A DNA stretch of 63,670 bases, counting the filler, from Intoshia linei (taxonomy: Eukaryota > Animalia > Orthonectida), in the NCBI GenBank assembly GCA_001642005.1. It is 6 parts of 6 records of this genome, joined end to end, with 100 filler letters (N's around TTAATTAATTAA, not from the genome) between each part and the next. Parts side by side here need not be neighbours in the genome. Positions count along the whole stretch, not along the records: positions 8,752 to 36,314 come from LWCA01000431.1; 5 more parts are not named here. One strand, 5' to 3'. Of this stretch, positions 13,301 through 26,100 are shown piece after piece (the stretch's first letter is position 1; the number at the start of each line of letters is the position of its first letter). The notes beneath the pieces are model-generated. The model saw nothing but the letters and a program-made list of their open reading frames with translations, did no database searches and was not told where the DNA came from. Position numbers and translations under genes: made by a program.

Positions 13301-13627
13301 AAATTACTTGATAAAGGGAATTATATTCATAATAATAATTGACAAAGCAAACGCAGTTTTGAAGGTACAATATGATTCCACATAATAAAGAAAAATTATA
13401 ACAAACAACAACAGAACAACATCGTATTCTTGAAAAATATGCACAAGTAGATAAACACACAACATACACGTACACAAGGTACAGGATTTTCTTCCAATAA
13501 ATTTAGTTTTCCACAATACATTCAATATCAAATGTGCAAAAGAAATTAGAAAAAACCCGGAAATTAAGTGATTAAATTGAAATGAGCCAAGTATCATGCA
13601 TGATTTTACAATTTTAAAAAATTCCAT
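10330..13627 (-). CDS. PORCN: Porcupine, Wnt O-acyltransferase (MBOAT)
   Basis: Spliced exons give MEFFKIVKSC..., WTTVRGLIMLIVIK, TFIFGP, SYRFSAYFVNYLGE, IEFPISMSHAVINWNRPL, SSALH|GFDAKITLILLTIG, IRKKIS and QLTYLG...WKELYFVGHF, collinear with PORCN; catalytic His retained. Confidence 0.85.
11408..11952 (+). mobile_element. hAT (Charlie/Buster-type) MITE in PORCN intron
   Basis: TIRs CAGTGGTGGGCAAACT / AGTTTTCCCACCACTG; 8-bp TSD ccctatat/acctatat; homologous to copies at 21178 and 26152. Confidence 0.9.
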
Positions 13628-13752
13628 TTTTTACCAATACATTCCGGTAATCTAGGTATTTCATATACACGATGTACGTAAATTTGTTGCAATAGCAATT
13701 AATTCATACAATGTAAAATTTTATTACATAACAAAGGAATTTAAAATTTATT

Positions 13753-15663
13753 TCATTCATCAAAAATAATGTTGATAGATTTAGAAATAATATATTTTAA
13801 ACTTTTAAACATAATGTACAATCCGTTAGTTCCACCAGGAATATGACACATAATGTACCTAAAATTTTATACAATTATAATATAGCAGTGATTAAATGAT
13901 ACCAAACTAATGTTATGATGTGCGATATAAATGCACATAAAGTGAAGATTTTACTTTTAATCTAAAAATTGTAATTTTAATAAATTAAATTTACCACTAA
14001 AGCGGTGTATATTGTAACCAAAAACGTTGAAATGTAAGCAAAAAGAAAGGGAATCTTTTTCAGTGTAAGAAAGTGCGACAAATAATTATATGGACCCCAT
14101 AAAATAGCAAAACTAAAAAATAAACATGTATTTGTTATAATAATAATATGCTAGCCTGATTTGTACTTTACACAAATTTAGGGGTCACAATAGGAATTAA
14201 GTGTCAAGGGTGGCGCAAAAAAAATTTAAAAATTTTTTTAATTACTATAAAAATTTGTACTGTTTGCATTAATAAAATAGCTAAATGGGATCATGTGCTG
14301 AGAGCCGCTGAGCTAAGGCATATCCTGCATTGGACAGAAAAATAAAACATTCACACGCACACTCTTACGGGCATTAATATTAAACTATTTATTTTGATAA
14401 GTATAATTTATAGAGCCAGTTAAACTCATTTTTTAATTATAACCAATTAAAATTGATTTATCGTAATTAAAAATACATATTTTAATCATGTTGGGAAATC
14501 AAATTAAATAATAACCTCGAAACAACCAAAAAACTTCCTAAGCATGCGAGAATGCAAAATTTTCGAAATTTAATCACAATGAAAGGAATATACCAATTGG
14601 CCTAAAATTATAATTATACAAATATAATTATAATAATACAAATATATTACATAAATATAATATAACTAGGTTGACTGTTATTATTACTACGTACAAACAG
14701 GACTTAGCTCTATCTAGGGCACATTTTTATTATATTTAAAAAATAAATTCACATTGAAATTTTTTTATTTGATTTTTTTAAATTCTCCAACTCGTTTGAT
14801 TTAAAAAAAAGGACAATTGGGTTTTTGACCCGTAAGATGTGATTTTGAGAGGTTGAAATTTATTTTGCGAATACCCGGAAAAAACTGTAATTGAAATGTG
14901 GACTTTCTAAAATTATAAGACGGGTAGTTATTTAAATAAAGTGGAACACACACACAGACAAAAACAAAAATCGCGTAGCATATTATATCAGTAAGAATTG
15001 TACAAATAAAGTTAAAAATAATCGAAGCTCTAAATGTAGTCCGTTATGATAAGTCTCATCATATAAATGGTTACTTCTGAGAGCGTCGACTGTGTTATAT
15101 GACCGATTCTAGTTAAATGTCCATGTTTACCTTAGTATTATTAATTTTTTACTCGCTCATACAAATTATTTTTAATGATTTGACTGCTCTGGACAATTTT
15201 ATAAATGGTGTTGTTAGATTCCTCTATTTTAGTTTATTCTTTTTCTTTCAAACCTTTTTAGTTTGGATAAAAATATTCAAAAAAATTGAAATAAAGTAAA
15301 ATTGGTATTTTATCCCTTGCTCAACAACCTTACAGTGGACTGCAGAGTACTAAACGTATAATTTTTTATAAAATTAAGTACACAAATTATTGGTGTGTTT
15401 AATATTTGGATAGCTGATGTAAGCCATTATAGTGCATACAACTATTTTTCTATTTAAAATAAATGGTACCATAAAAAGGCATAAAATTCCCACTATAAGA
15501 GTAAATACAAATAACATCATTTTCTTTTTAAAATGCTAAAATTTAGAATAAAAAAATAAAAAAAAAAATAAACGTGAATGTCGACATTGTTAAAATTGTC
15601 TAAAGTTTTTTGTGTAAAAAATGAAGATATTTTATTGAAACTAAACTCCTCATTAGTATCCAT
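13753..15663 (-). CDS. SFT2/Got1-family vesicle transport protein (SFT2C/SFT2D3-like)
   Basis: Six exons: MDTNEEF...|HFKKKMMLFVFTLIVGILCLFM|ANWYIPFIVIKFRKFCILACLGSFLVVS|FAILWGPYNYLSHFLTLKKIPFLFAY...|...LVW|YIMCHIPGGTNGL. Not represented in the ORF track. Confidence 0.8.
14666..14997 (-). mobile_element. Short internally deleted Helitron copy H2 in SFT2 intron
   Basis: Same 5' end (a|TTCTTACTGATATAATATGCTACGCG) and 3' end (GTACGTAGTA...CTAG|t) as H1, with about one internal repeat unit. Confidence 0.8.
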
Positions 15664-15757
15664 AAAAAATATCTTATTTATTGTGTCACTACAATAAATT
15701 ATAAAATATACGTTGTAATTTGATTTTTAGCTTATTTGATTTCAAAGTTTAAATTAA

Positions 15758-16246
15758 ATGTCAAATTTAGTAAAGATTTATAAATTCAAACCGGCGATAT
15801 TATTGAAATTGCTATACCCTACAACATTTGTATCATGTCTTTTAACGAATACATACATAGTAGGCAACTTTATACAAACAAAATTTCAAAGTACCAAAAT
15901 AAATTCTAAATGCGCTGAATACTTTCGAAAAAACAAACTTTTAATTGGATTAAATACCTACAATTATGTATTATTTGGATTAACTCTCTTTATACGAAAA
16001 AGACTGATTTCTTGTATTCATATTAGCAATACATCTACCTCCAAAACTTTTACTGTTTGGACTCACAAGATTATTGGATATAATTGTATTCAACTTGAGT
16101 CTAAAAACATTAAAAAAATAAACACAAAATACGTTGGCAAGTATATGATTAATGGCGAACCATATTATATAATCGATTCTTTATTCATCTCTCGGATGTG
16201 GTTCTATAAATTCCACAATGATTTGAATTTACTGCATGTTAATTAA
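15758..16246 (+). CDS. Single-exon 162-aa two-TM protein, possibly TMEM186/TMEM70 family
   Basis: Uninterrupted ORF in very AT-rich DNA, between two real genes. IYKFK...two hydrophobic segments...FIRKRLISCIHIS...TFTVWTHKIIG resembles the TMEM70/186/223 pattern. Family call is weak. Confidence 0.5.
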   Translation: MSNLVKIYKFKPAILLKLLYPTTFVSCLLTNTYIVGNFIQTKFQSTKINSKCAEYFRKNKLLIGLNTYNYVLFGLTLFIRKRLISCIHISNTSTSKTFTVWTHKIIGYNCIQLESKNIKKINTKYVGKYMINGEPYYIIDSLFISRMWFYKFHNDLNLLHVN

Positions 16247-16365
16247 ATCTAATATTTATTATTAATTTCGTCACTTTCCCATTGAAACTGTCAACATTGT
16301 TCCACTTTAATGAATCATTAAACTATTCAATCTACTTAGGAAATATTCCAAAACATTATCTATAA

Positions 16366-19300
16366 ATGTTTGATTTTATTACAGAATATTTTACAAATCT
16401 TAGTGTTGTCAAACGTTTTGTCAGCGCGTATGATCGACATTGTATTAGTAATGTAAAATCAAAACCTATTACGATATCTCAATTTGCTTCAGTTTATAAA
16501 AATAAAACACGGTCGAAATATGAATTTTATGTATTTTTAATTTAAGTATATATAACTTTTAATTTTCAAGGCTTTGTTACAACTCAAAAATAACCATTCG
16601 TCTAATTTCGCTTTTTTGGTTGAAAATATTCAATATAATTCTACATTGGAGATTATTCCGTGTAATTAATGGAATGCATCATTGCGTGAATCTCCATTTT
16701 AGATGATTATAACCGAGTTTTAATACACAATCATTGCTTTATCAATCAAAATGATTATATCAATGCCAGTTATATAAAGGCACAATTCATTTTATTCTAT
16801 ATTTTAATATTTTAGAGTAAAAGGTGCAATAAACAATACATTGCTCTTCAAGGTCTTAAATTAAATTCAATGATATTTTAAAGCAGGTCCCTTCAATAAT
16901 ACAATAAAAACTTATTGGCGAATGGTTTGGGAAATGGATATTCGATTAATTGTTGTCATGTCCAATTTTTTCGAGTTTGGAAGGGTTGCTTATTTTTATC
17001 ATTATTATTTGTTAATATTTAATTTTCACCACTAAGGTGGATTATACTTGATACAGTAAAATATATTACTCATTAACCTTTATCCTGCCAATGTTCCCAA
17101 AATGGAACATGTTTTTCAGGTACAATTTAAAGTACATTAGTATGTTTTTACAATGCATCTAATCAAATTAATCGAACACCCATCGTATCGTCTATCATCT
17201 CTAAAAAAATTATTATTTAATATCCATTGATTCGTGTTTCAGAGAGTCAAGAAAATTTATAGATTTTCAGTCCCATTTTCAAATTAAAATTTAAAGCTTT
17301 TGTTTTTCAACTTAACACTGGCTTGGTCACATATTATTTTCCATCATATTTATTATACTTTAATAGTAAAATAAAAAAAATTACTAAACCAAAGTAAGTA
17401 CAATAAGCTAATAAAAATCAATGTTCCCAAAATGGAACAATGGAGGTTTCCTAGTAATTTTTATTATCTTTATATTATAATTTTGTATTTAATTAGTATT
17501 TAAATTATTTTAATAATTAAAAACTGATGGAAAAAGATTACCCAAATAAAATCACCCGTGTAACCCCATTTTTAGATGTAGTCCTAGCACAGTAATTTTT
17601 TGAATATATCTTAGTTATCATATTTAAAGCAATAGTACCTGCAACCACGGCAACTATTATCGGCAGGATAAAGGTTAATAGGCTATCTCGCATATTAGAC
17701 ATGAAACGCTGAGAACGTTTCAAAAAATTGTGCCATCCGCCTGTAGTGCATATACTTTTGTAGAAATATTTTCGGGTACATAGCTTTTAGGTATGTGTAG
17801 TTTTCCCGTATATGATACTTAGGATTTTGATTAAATAAATATATAAACTTCTCATAGTTTTAGATAAATTCTGGTAAAGAAATGTATATAAACCCAAACA
17901 ATTAATTAATTATTATGTTTGTGATTAAGTATGTTTTAGGAAATAATCTTCAGACATTGGAAAAATATTCCTGTTATATTTGGAAATATCACTGTCAGAA
18001 TGATTGAAAATAATAATTTTACATCTTACGCATTTACAACATTGGAGATATTTCACGTAATTCATATGCTAAATCGATATAAATGTTTAAACACATTGAC
18101 ATTAAGTTTATATCGGTTTTCGAAAATAAAAAACCACTACCTAACACTCTAAAATTAATTACATCAATCTAACCACATCTACTGAAAATTTCTATTGATT
18201 GAATTTCATAGAAAGTGAAAAATGAATATCGAACCATTTATAATTTTCAATATACCGGTTGGTTTAAAGATCCCAAATTGGACAAAAACCATTTGATAGA
18301 TTTTATTAAAAAGGTGAACACAAAATACGACCAATTAAATAAATGCAATGATACAACCCTAGAATTTGCTCAATTTTCAGAAACAATTCTAGTACACTGC
18401 TGGTAGTTATTTTGCTTTATTCTAGCGTACTCATAATTATTGGTAATTTTCTGAATGTCAAGAATTTACAGAAAATTATTTTTTATTTCAAAAAATTTTG
18501 GCTTAAATTAAAAAAACCGATAGGTCCAATTTTTGCTGAATTAGTAACGACAAAGATAATTAATTTTGCATATATTATAATTTAATTAATGAATATTTAG
18601 CTGCGGAGCCGGGGCTACAGCTATTTTTATAGCCGCAGATCAAATGATTGATTACATCAATTCAACTAACTTGATTGAAGTTTTTTCATGTGTGATGCGA
18701 TTACAGAATCAAAGAATGAAAATGATTAATAAATTGGTTTAATATTTGCATAATATTATTATAAATGCTCTGTAAAGGAGGACTATATGCTACTATACGA
18801 TATTGTTAATTTGTACCTCAAATGCCGATTCAGTGTTATAGATCCGGTTCGGTTTGCTGCTTTTACATCTAAAGAAGCATATTCAACAAAGTTGGAAAAT
18901 CTTCAATCTAAATGCTTATTAAAATATCATTACATGGTAATTGCAGGGTTTTCATTCGTTTAATATACAAAATTAGAATTAATTTTAATAATTTTTTTTT
19001 TAGTTTTATAAATTTTATTTCGGTGTACCGTTTAATTTAATTTTTGTTTTATTTGCGGAAGCCATTTCCGCTTTGAAATAGCTTAATTATAGTTTATTTA
19101 GAAAATTAATTCAATGTCACCCGAATTGACTATTGTAGAATGTTCTTCCAGTTTTAGGGAAGAAAATATACATAAAAGTAGAGGATATGTAGTTTTTCCA
19201 CGTAAATATTTTATTAATGATATATTTACTATTATGTAGCTGAACGAGCCAGACCATATTTAATTATTCGAGATATAGCTAATGAAACTGATTATATTAA

Positions 19301-20601
19301 TGCCGTTTTTGTTGAAGTAACAATATAAAATATATTGCGATGGTTCAACAGTGATGCACAAGAAACCTAACGAAAATAATCGAAATTATTAAAAATTAAT
19401 TTTTTGATTTTTTTAAAACACCCACAGAATTGAAATACGTATTTGTCATATTTTTGGTTGAATAGGATTGAAGATTTAATCTCCAGTAAAAGTTTTATAA
19501 ATATAACCCTAAAACCAATATTTAAATTTCTTTAAATAATCATTACTTTGAACCTTTGAAATAAATTAATTAAACAAGTAACTGTTTATTGAAAACCTAT
19601 ATTAATTTTAGAGTTACATAAAACGAATAAAATTTATTGTAACTCAATGGCCATTAAAATGTACAATTTCAGATTTTTGGAGATTAATATATGACTACAA
19701 AATCAATCATGTAATTCTTATGAATGAGACTGATTCGGTAATATTATTTTAATTGAAAAACAACAAAAATTAATTTTCTTTAGAAATATCCAATTTTTTG
19801 GCCACCTGAAAATACGTCTCAGCATTATGGAAAACTTACAATTTCTTCAAATAATAAAACTCATTTATTTACAACTAAAAATGATGACGTTCATTCTTTG
19901 AATATTTTATGTAATATGGTAAATACTTTAAAATATTATATTGATTTCAATTGGCATATACATAATGGTCTATATCAACGCTATTGGATTATTTTTAGAA
20001 AATTTAGAGTAATTTTGTTACCGGAATGCATGGTAAGGGTTTTTTAAAAAATAATTCACGAGTAAAAGCGTTTTTGGGTAAAAAATATAAATACTAGCCT
20101 TAGGCAATTTACAATCAATAATGTATAGGATGAATCCTATAAAATACCAAATGTTACTACAAATTTGGTTAAAGTTAATTGGTGGTCGAATAACAACCCA
20201 AGTACAGATCAAATAATACCTCTCTACAGGTTAATTACTTACATTGAACCAATTGAATATCAAAAAAAGTCTCCTATATGCGTCGTTTCCAAGTAATTTT
20301 TAAATAATCATTTAATTGTATTATTGTTTTAATTGAATTAAATAATTTAAAATTAAGAGACGGGTTCAGTTTATGCGGTATGTTTTGTGCCGCTTTCATT
20401 TTACACGAAATATTAACACATTGGAATCAAATTGATGTATATTATTGTATAACTTGTATTCGAAAACACAGACCAGACTTAATTAAAACAAAAGTAATTT
20501 TTATATTTCTTTCATCTTTATATTTTTTATATATAATTTAGAAGGAATTTTTGTTTGTACATGAATATGCAAAATATCTATGTGAATTAAATAATAACTG
20601 A
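16366..20601 (+). CDS. Tandem-domain receptor-type PTP homologue with no TM or ectodomain; both domains degenerate
   Basis: D1: DYINASYI, YIALQGP, YWRMVWE, FQYTGW, ILVHC. D2: DYINAVFV, FIVTQWPL, DFWRLIYD. In-frame TAA directly precedes ATG 16366; stop at 20599-20601. Confidence 0.85.
17077..17674. mobile_element. piggyBac-type MITE in PTP intron
   Basis: TTAA|CCTTTATCCTGCC ... GGCAGGATAAAGG|TTAA; internal repeat CAATGTTCCCAAAATGGAACA twice. Confidence 0.9.
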
Positions 20602-21177
20602 ATCATTTAAAATGATGTATATTTCACAGATAAATTATTAATGTACCAATATTCTATTGTCATAATATAAATGAAATTAATATATGCATTTTACATCCTT
20701 TTTCGTATAGTGGGCTACCCAAACCTTACAGCAATTGTTATTAGTCAAAAGTGAAATTTTTTAATCGATACATTTGACTCTTATAATCTTTTCAAATAAA
20801 GTATAGAAATTAAAATTTTGGTGTGAAAACTAATGGTGAAAATTTGTGCCATTTTAATTTTTATAATTATTTTGGAATTTATATTTAAATTATTGAAAAA
20901 ATTTCAATTTTACTCGCAGGTCGCACTGTGACAATGTTTGTTGTAGATGGCGTAGAAAACAAATTGAATAGTAATGAACAATTTTCAAATGTGTTGATTA
21001 ATGAGAGATGTAAAGCCCTCAATGATACTGCCGATTTATAGAAATATAAAAAAATTTTCATAAACAAGAGGTTACTAATAAATAGTATGTAGCATTTTGT
21101 AACAAAAAATAAAATAAAGCTACAAAAAGTGGTGCACATATGAATTCACTGTGTAATGTTTAATAAATAATCTAGAC

Positions 21178-21861
21178 CAGCGTTCGGCAAACTTATTTGT
21201 AACGCAGGCCACATTGACCATGTCGCGGGCCGCAAAAATTTCGTAAATACACATGAAACAATTTAAATAGATGAAATTCTATTTTTGCTTGTAAATTTGA
21301 TTATTTTTTTTAAATATTAAAAGTGTCAAAAATTTTGAAATATTTGAAATATCATAAAATTCCATTTGAATAATTAACAATTATTATTTTTAGAGTGCAT
21401 TTAAATTATTAACAAGTAAGTTTCAAAATTGTACGTATCTATAATTATATTTATGCAAACAATAAAAAAAAATTTAAACAAAAATTAGCCTATTATTGAT
21501 AAATAATACTTTTAATCGATTTCGTAAATTGCTAAAATTTTGGAAAAATATTTATTAATTTTATAAAAATAATCAATTTTTGTATTCAATAATGGTTGAA
21601 GGTAGGAAAATTTAATCTAATGTGTTAAAACTCAAATAATCTTCTTTAAAACTATATATTTTATTGACCAAACGGAATGTTGACACAGTGTCATATTTGG
21701 AAAAACATTATGCAATAGCCACTATTGAATAGTACAATCTAATTGAATAATAAAGATATTTTATAACATGCCATAAAATTTGTACTCCACATTAGCTTAA
21801 TATAGTTCAGCAAACTTTTTGTTTGCGAGCCACATCACGGGCCATAGTTTGACGAAGGCTG
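21178..21861 (-). mobile_element. hAT (Charlie/Buster-type) MITE
   Basis: TIRs CAGCGTTCGGCAAACT / AGTTTGACGAAGGCTG; perfect 8-bp TSD atctagac; part of the interior is the reverse complement of the 11408 element. Confidence 0.9.
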
Positions 21862-22167
21862 ATCTAGACATTAAAGTTAAATAATTATATTTAATTATTA
21901 ACTTGAAAATGAGATTGTTAAAATAGATCAAAAATATATCACTAGAAAGAATATTATGATAATTTCGTCTTGTAATTTTTACATCTGAGAAAAATTTATG
22001 GATTTTACATGCATTTTGTAATTTATTATTTAATTTATCATTCTTATTACAAATGTTCAATTAAATATTTTATATTTTTAAAAATTTATCAAAAATTCCA
22101 AAAAAAATAAAAAGAAAGGCTAAATTAAATGAGTGATATAAATTTGTCTCAGTGGAAGTAGCGTAAT

Positions 22168-22975
22168 CAGTGGCGGATCCAAGGGGTGCAAAAGGTGCAG
22201 TTGCACCCCCTAAATTTAAAAAAAATTTAATTAATGTTTTGTAAAATAACTGAAAATGGTTTTAATTCATTAAAACAATATAGATGGCTCATAATGGCAC
22301 ATCAACAGTGTTTATTTAATGATAAATATAATGTATATAATGATGTAGATTCTACATGATCAATTATAGATGTAGACTACATCTACTACTCTACTCTACA
22401 GAGCAAATATAGAGGGATCTGACATTGAGACTTTTTTAAAATTAACATTGCAATTCCTTTTTTCGATTCTATTTTAGCTGAACTCAGCCTACGATTTTTC
22501 AGTGGTCAACAGATTTTTTTGAAAGGATTTTCCCTACATCCCACTTATTTTAAAACGAGTCATTTTGAAGATTTGAAAGAATTCGCAGAAAAATATGAAT
22601 TATTTATACCATGCATATCATTATAGGAAGATCTCAAAGCAAAATATACTAGATGGAAAAAAAAGAACTTGATACAAAGACCACTATCATACAATTAATC
22701 GAAATCTGCAATTCTAATTTATTTCCAAATATTCATCAACTATTAACTATTTTGGCAACATTGTCAATCACAACATGTGAATGTGAACGCTCCATTAGCA
22801 TTTTGAGAATATTGAAAACCTTTTTAGGATCAACAATGACTGGTAATCGTCTATGTGGTCTGGCCCTCATGAATTGCTACTATGATTATAATTTTCATAT
22901 TGAAGGTTTGGTTAATTAATTTGCAATACTTCATCCAAGAAGACTGGACGTAGTTGTTTTAGGATTATTTGATGA
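22168..22975 (+). mobile_element. hAT (Tip100/P52rIPK-like) transposon remnant with dimerisation domain
   Basis: Terminus CAGTGGCGGATCC; broken frame IPFFDSILAELSLRF...FPNIHQLLTILATLSITTCECERSISILRILKTFLGSTMTGNRLCGLALM with stops and a frameshift. Confidence 0.85.
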
Positions 22976-23109
22976 ACAAAAATCAAGTGAAATAAAGTTC
23001 GAGAATATCTATAAGTAAAGGATTGTATCAAAATAATGATATATTGACACAATCAAATTTATTATTAAAAATGAACATACATTTATATTAACAAATTGTA
23101 TTTACTCAA

Positions 23110-26100
23110 ATGAATAAATTCTTCAAAATTCTAAATTTTATTGGACCGAAATTGCTTGTTTTAATTTTTGTCATTTTCACGTTGATATTTATACATTCCA
23201 CTGGAATTTTTTACCGTGAAAATGTTCAAATAAAAAACCACAAAAGAGACAAACTTTCTCCTTTTCCAGGAAATTCAAATGATAATATTCATGTATTTGT
23301 ACAGGTAAATAATAAACATGGATATTATATTAGTTTTTTTAATAGTTATCCGATGTTCATATAAGTAAAGTTTATAAAGAAAGAAAAAGTGAATTGATAA
23401 AATTTTGCTCAGAAGTTTTGGCACAAATACAACCAGATGTGATCATTGTTTCTGGTATTTTTTTGATAATTGAATTATAGTTTTAAATATTGTCCCAGTC
23501 TTAATAAGGACTTTGTGAAGTGATATCAATACTAGGAAAAAGTACATACAGAAAATCTTTTATTAATTTTTATAACTTGATGTGAGATGACAATTAGATG
23601 TTGTAGACAGGTGAGCCTCTAACAGTATGCCTAGAACTTTACGATTATTAATTGTTTTAATATTTGACAAGCATGCAATTTCATATCAAGGAAGTTATAA
23701 TTGACTTTAGTCCGTCATACTAAAAACATAAAAATATTTAGGTGATTTAACTGACGATTTAATAAAAGGATATTCTCACTCTGGACCCATTGAAGAAGAA
23801 TGGAAAGATTATAGAGAAGCAATAAATGAATGCAAAAAATATGTTTCACATAAAACAGCATGGCTGGATATACGCGGAAATCATGGTTTGATTATAATCA
23901 TGGTACGAACGGTCACTTAAATAAAACGTTTTAATTTTGATTGAAAAATGTTTCATTGTAAAGTCATAAATAATTATTACTGAATGATGCAAAATTGTCT
24001 ACGGACCGTACGCTGCCTACCCTGTTTACGTTTAACTCAATTTTAATTAGACACACTCAATATTGGATATATTAACGATGCTTTTTTCAAGTTTTTTTTA
24101 ATATATTGTTTATACATTTTTATAGAAAATATTCCGAATCAGGCATTAATAATCATTTTGGATCATATGTGCATTATTGGAATCCAAATTCCAACAATTC
24201 GTACAGGTTTGTAGCTATGGACTTATCAGTTAGCCCTGGCTTAAAAATACCTTATAATTTCATGGGTGAATACACTAATAAGGTAATTTAATATACAACT
24301 TTCAGTATATAGTGGATACCAGTGGTTTCCAATCATGTGGATTGTGAATGTTTAATTTTCTATTTCACAAAGTTGTCATCAATTAATAATTAATCTTTGT
24401 ATTTGAAAAACTGAATAATCAATGTAGGTAAAATTGCAAGTTGAAAGTTTGCTAAAAGAAAGAAAAAGTGAAAGTTTTAATCATACATTTATGTTTGGTC
24501 ATTACCCGTCATCTGCTGTTATGCAAAGAAATTCTTTTTTGGAAATTTTAAAGTATTTAAACTAATTACATTTACGATTTGTGTAATTAGAGAGTCAAGT
24601 TTATACATGTGCGGTCATTTGCATAGTGTGATGCATTTATTTCAAAACATGTACGCTAAACAAGAAAATGGTAATTTAGAATTAGAATTGACAGATTGGA
24701 AAAAATTCAGACGGTATATTGTTTTAAAATTTAAATAAATCGCAAGGTATCGAGTGGTAGCAGTAGATCATGATTTAGTTTCTTTTGCTGATTTAAGATA
24801 CAGATTTGATAATGTTAGTTTAATAATAACAAATCCGAAAAATTCTCAAACCATTATTAACGGTTACGAGCCAATTGGACGCATCAAAAGATCCACTCAT
24901 ATAAGGTATTAAAGTTATTTACATATACCTATGATTCATAGGATCCTTTTATATTCCGATAATAATCAAAATATGGTTAAAATATTTATAGACAACAACT
25001 TCCTTGGATTAGCTACACAAAACAATGAAAATAAAAATTTGTACACCTGTCAGTGGGACCCATGTAAATATTCCAAATTACATGTTATTCGTGTGGACGT
25101 TTATGTAATTTTTATATTTTTAAAATTATAATTATTAGGATCATAATAATGATATTACATTTTGCAAGCCGTTTAGTATTATATGCAGGTATGTTATAAA
25201 ATCAGTACTTCCCAATCTGCGTTTTGAACTTTTCGGTGGGCGCTATAGAGAATTTTTTTATTCATTTTTACACGGGTTTCTGAAAATAATTTAAAAAATA
25301 TATTAGTAGAAAAATTTTAGTCAAAAAGTCGGCGCTAATATGAAAAACTTTGGGAACCCATGAACTAAACCCTAGGCTATCAACTATATTTTCTACGGTT
25401 TTTGCAAAGTGTATCATACAATAATGTACCTTTAATTTAGAATTCGAAAAAGCATTTGATAAAATCTGTTAAACAACACTTTTCAACTGACGGAACAATT
25501 GAATCATTTGGATTTATACAGAGGTTTATGATATATAATCATATTATTGGACAGGTATACACGATTCAATTTTTCTTTAATTTATTAGTCCGTTAAACTG
25601 CTACTTGCATTCATCTTTTTTATTTTAATTGCAATAATATATTATCGATACGCTGCTGTGTCAGAACGAGGTTTGTCGATTCATATAATTTTGAACTGAT
25701 TTATAGATATCACAATAACAAAAAATACAAAATTTTTTACTCGACCGTTTTGGTTATTCTGTAGATCACATACTGTTTATTTTATTGTTCCACACATATT
25801 GTACTTTTATATAGGTAAATAATTGAAAATTATTAAATATTATATAATAAGATAAAAAAACTAAGTATTTATAAATTTGTAAGTTTAGGTCCATGGGCTT
25901 ATGTCGAGGTTTATCAAGACAAATATGGATTCATTTTTATGTACGGTGTGTATGTGGACAAAAAACTTATATCGACGGCTATTACATTTGGCTTATCAAC
26001 TGTTCATGTAATTTAAAGTCATTATTTATAGTTTGTGTGATTTTGCTGTAAAACTTGGAACCAGGCATTCCAAGTCTATACATATTACAGAGAAAACAGC

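Noticed and set aside
14280-15115. GC-richer patches in SFT2 introns as candidate ncRNAs
   Set aside because: No tRNA cloverleaf, Sm site or convincing box pair; the only CTGA candidate falls in the Helitron end.
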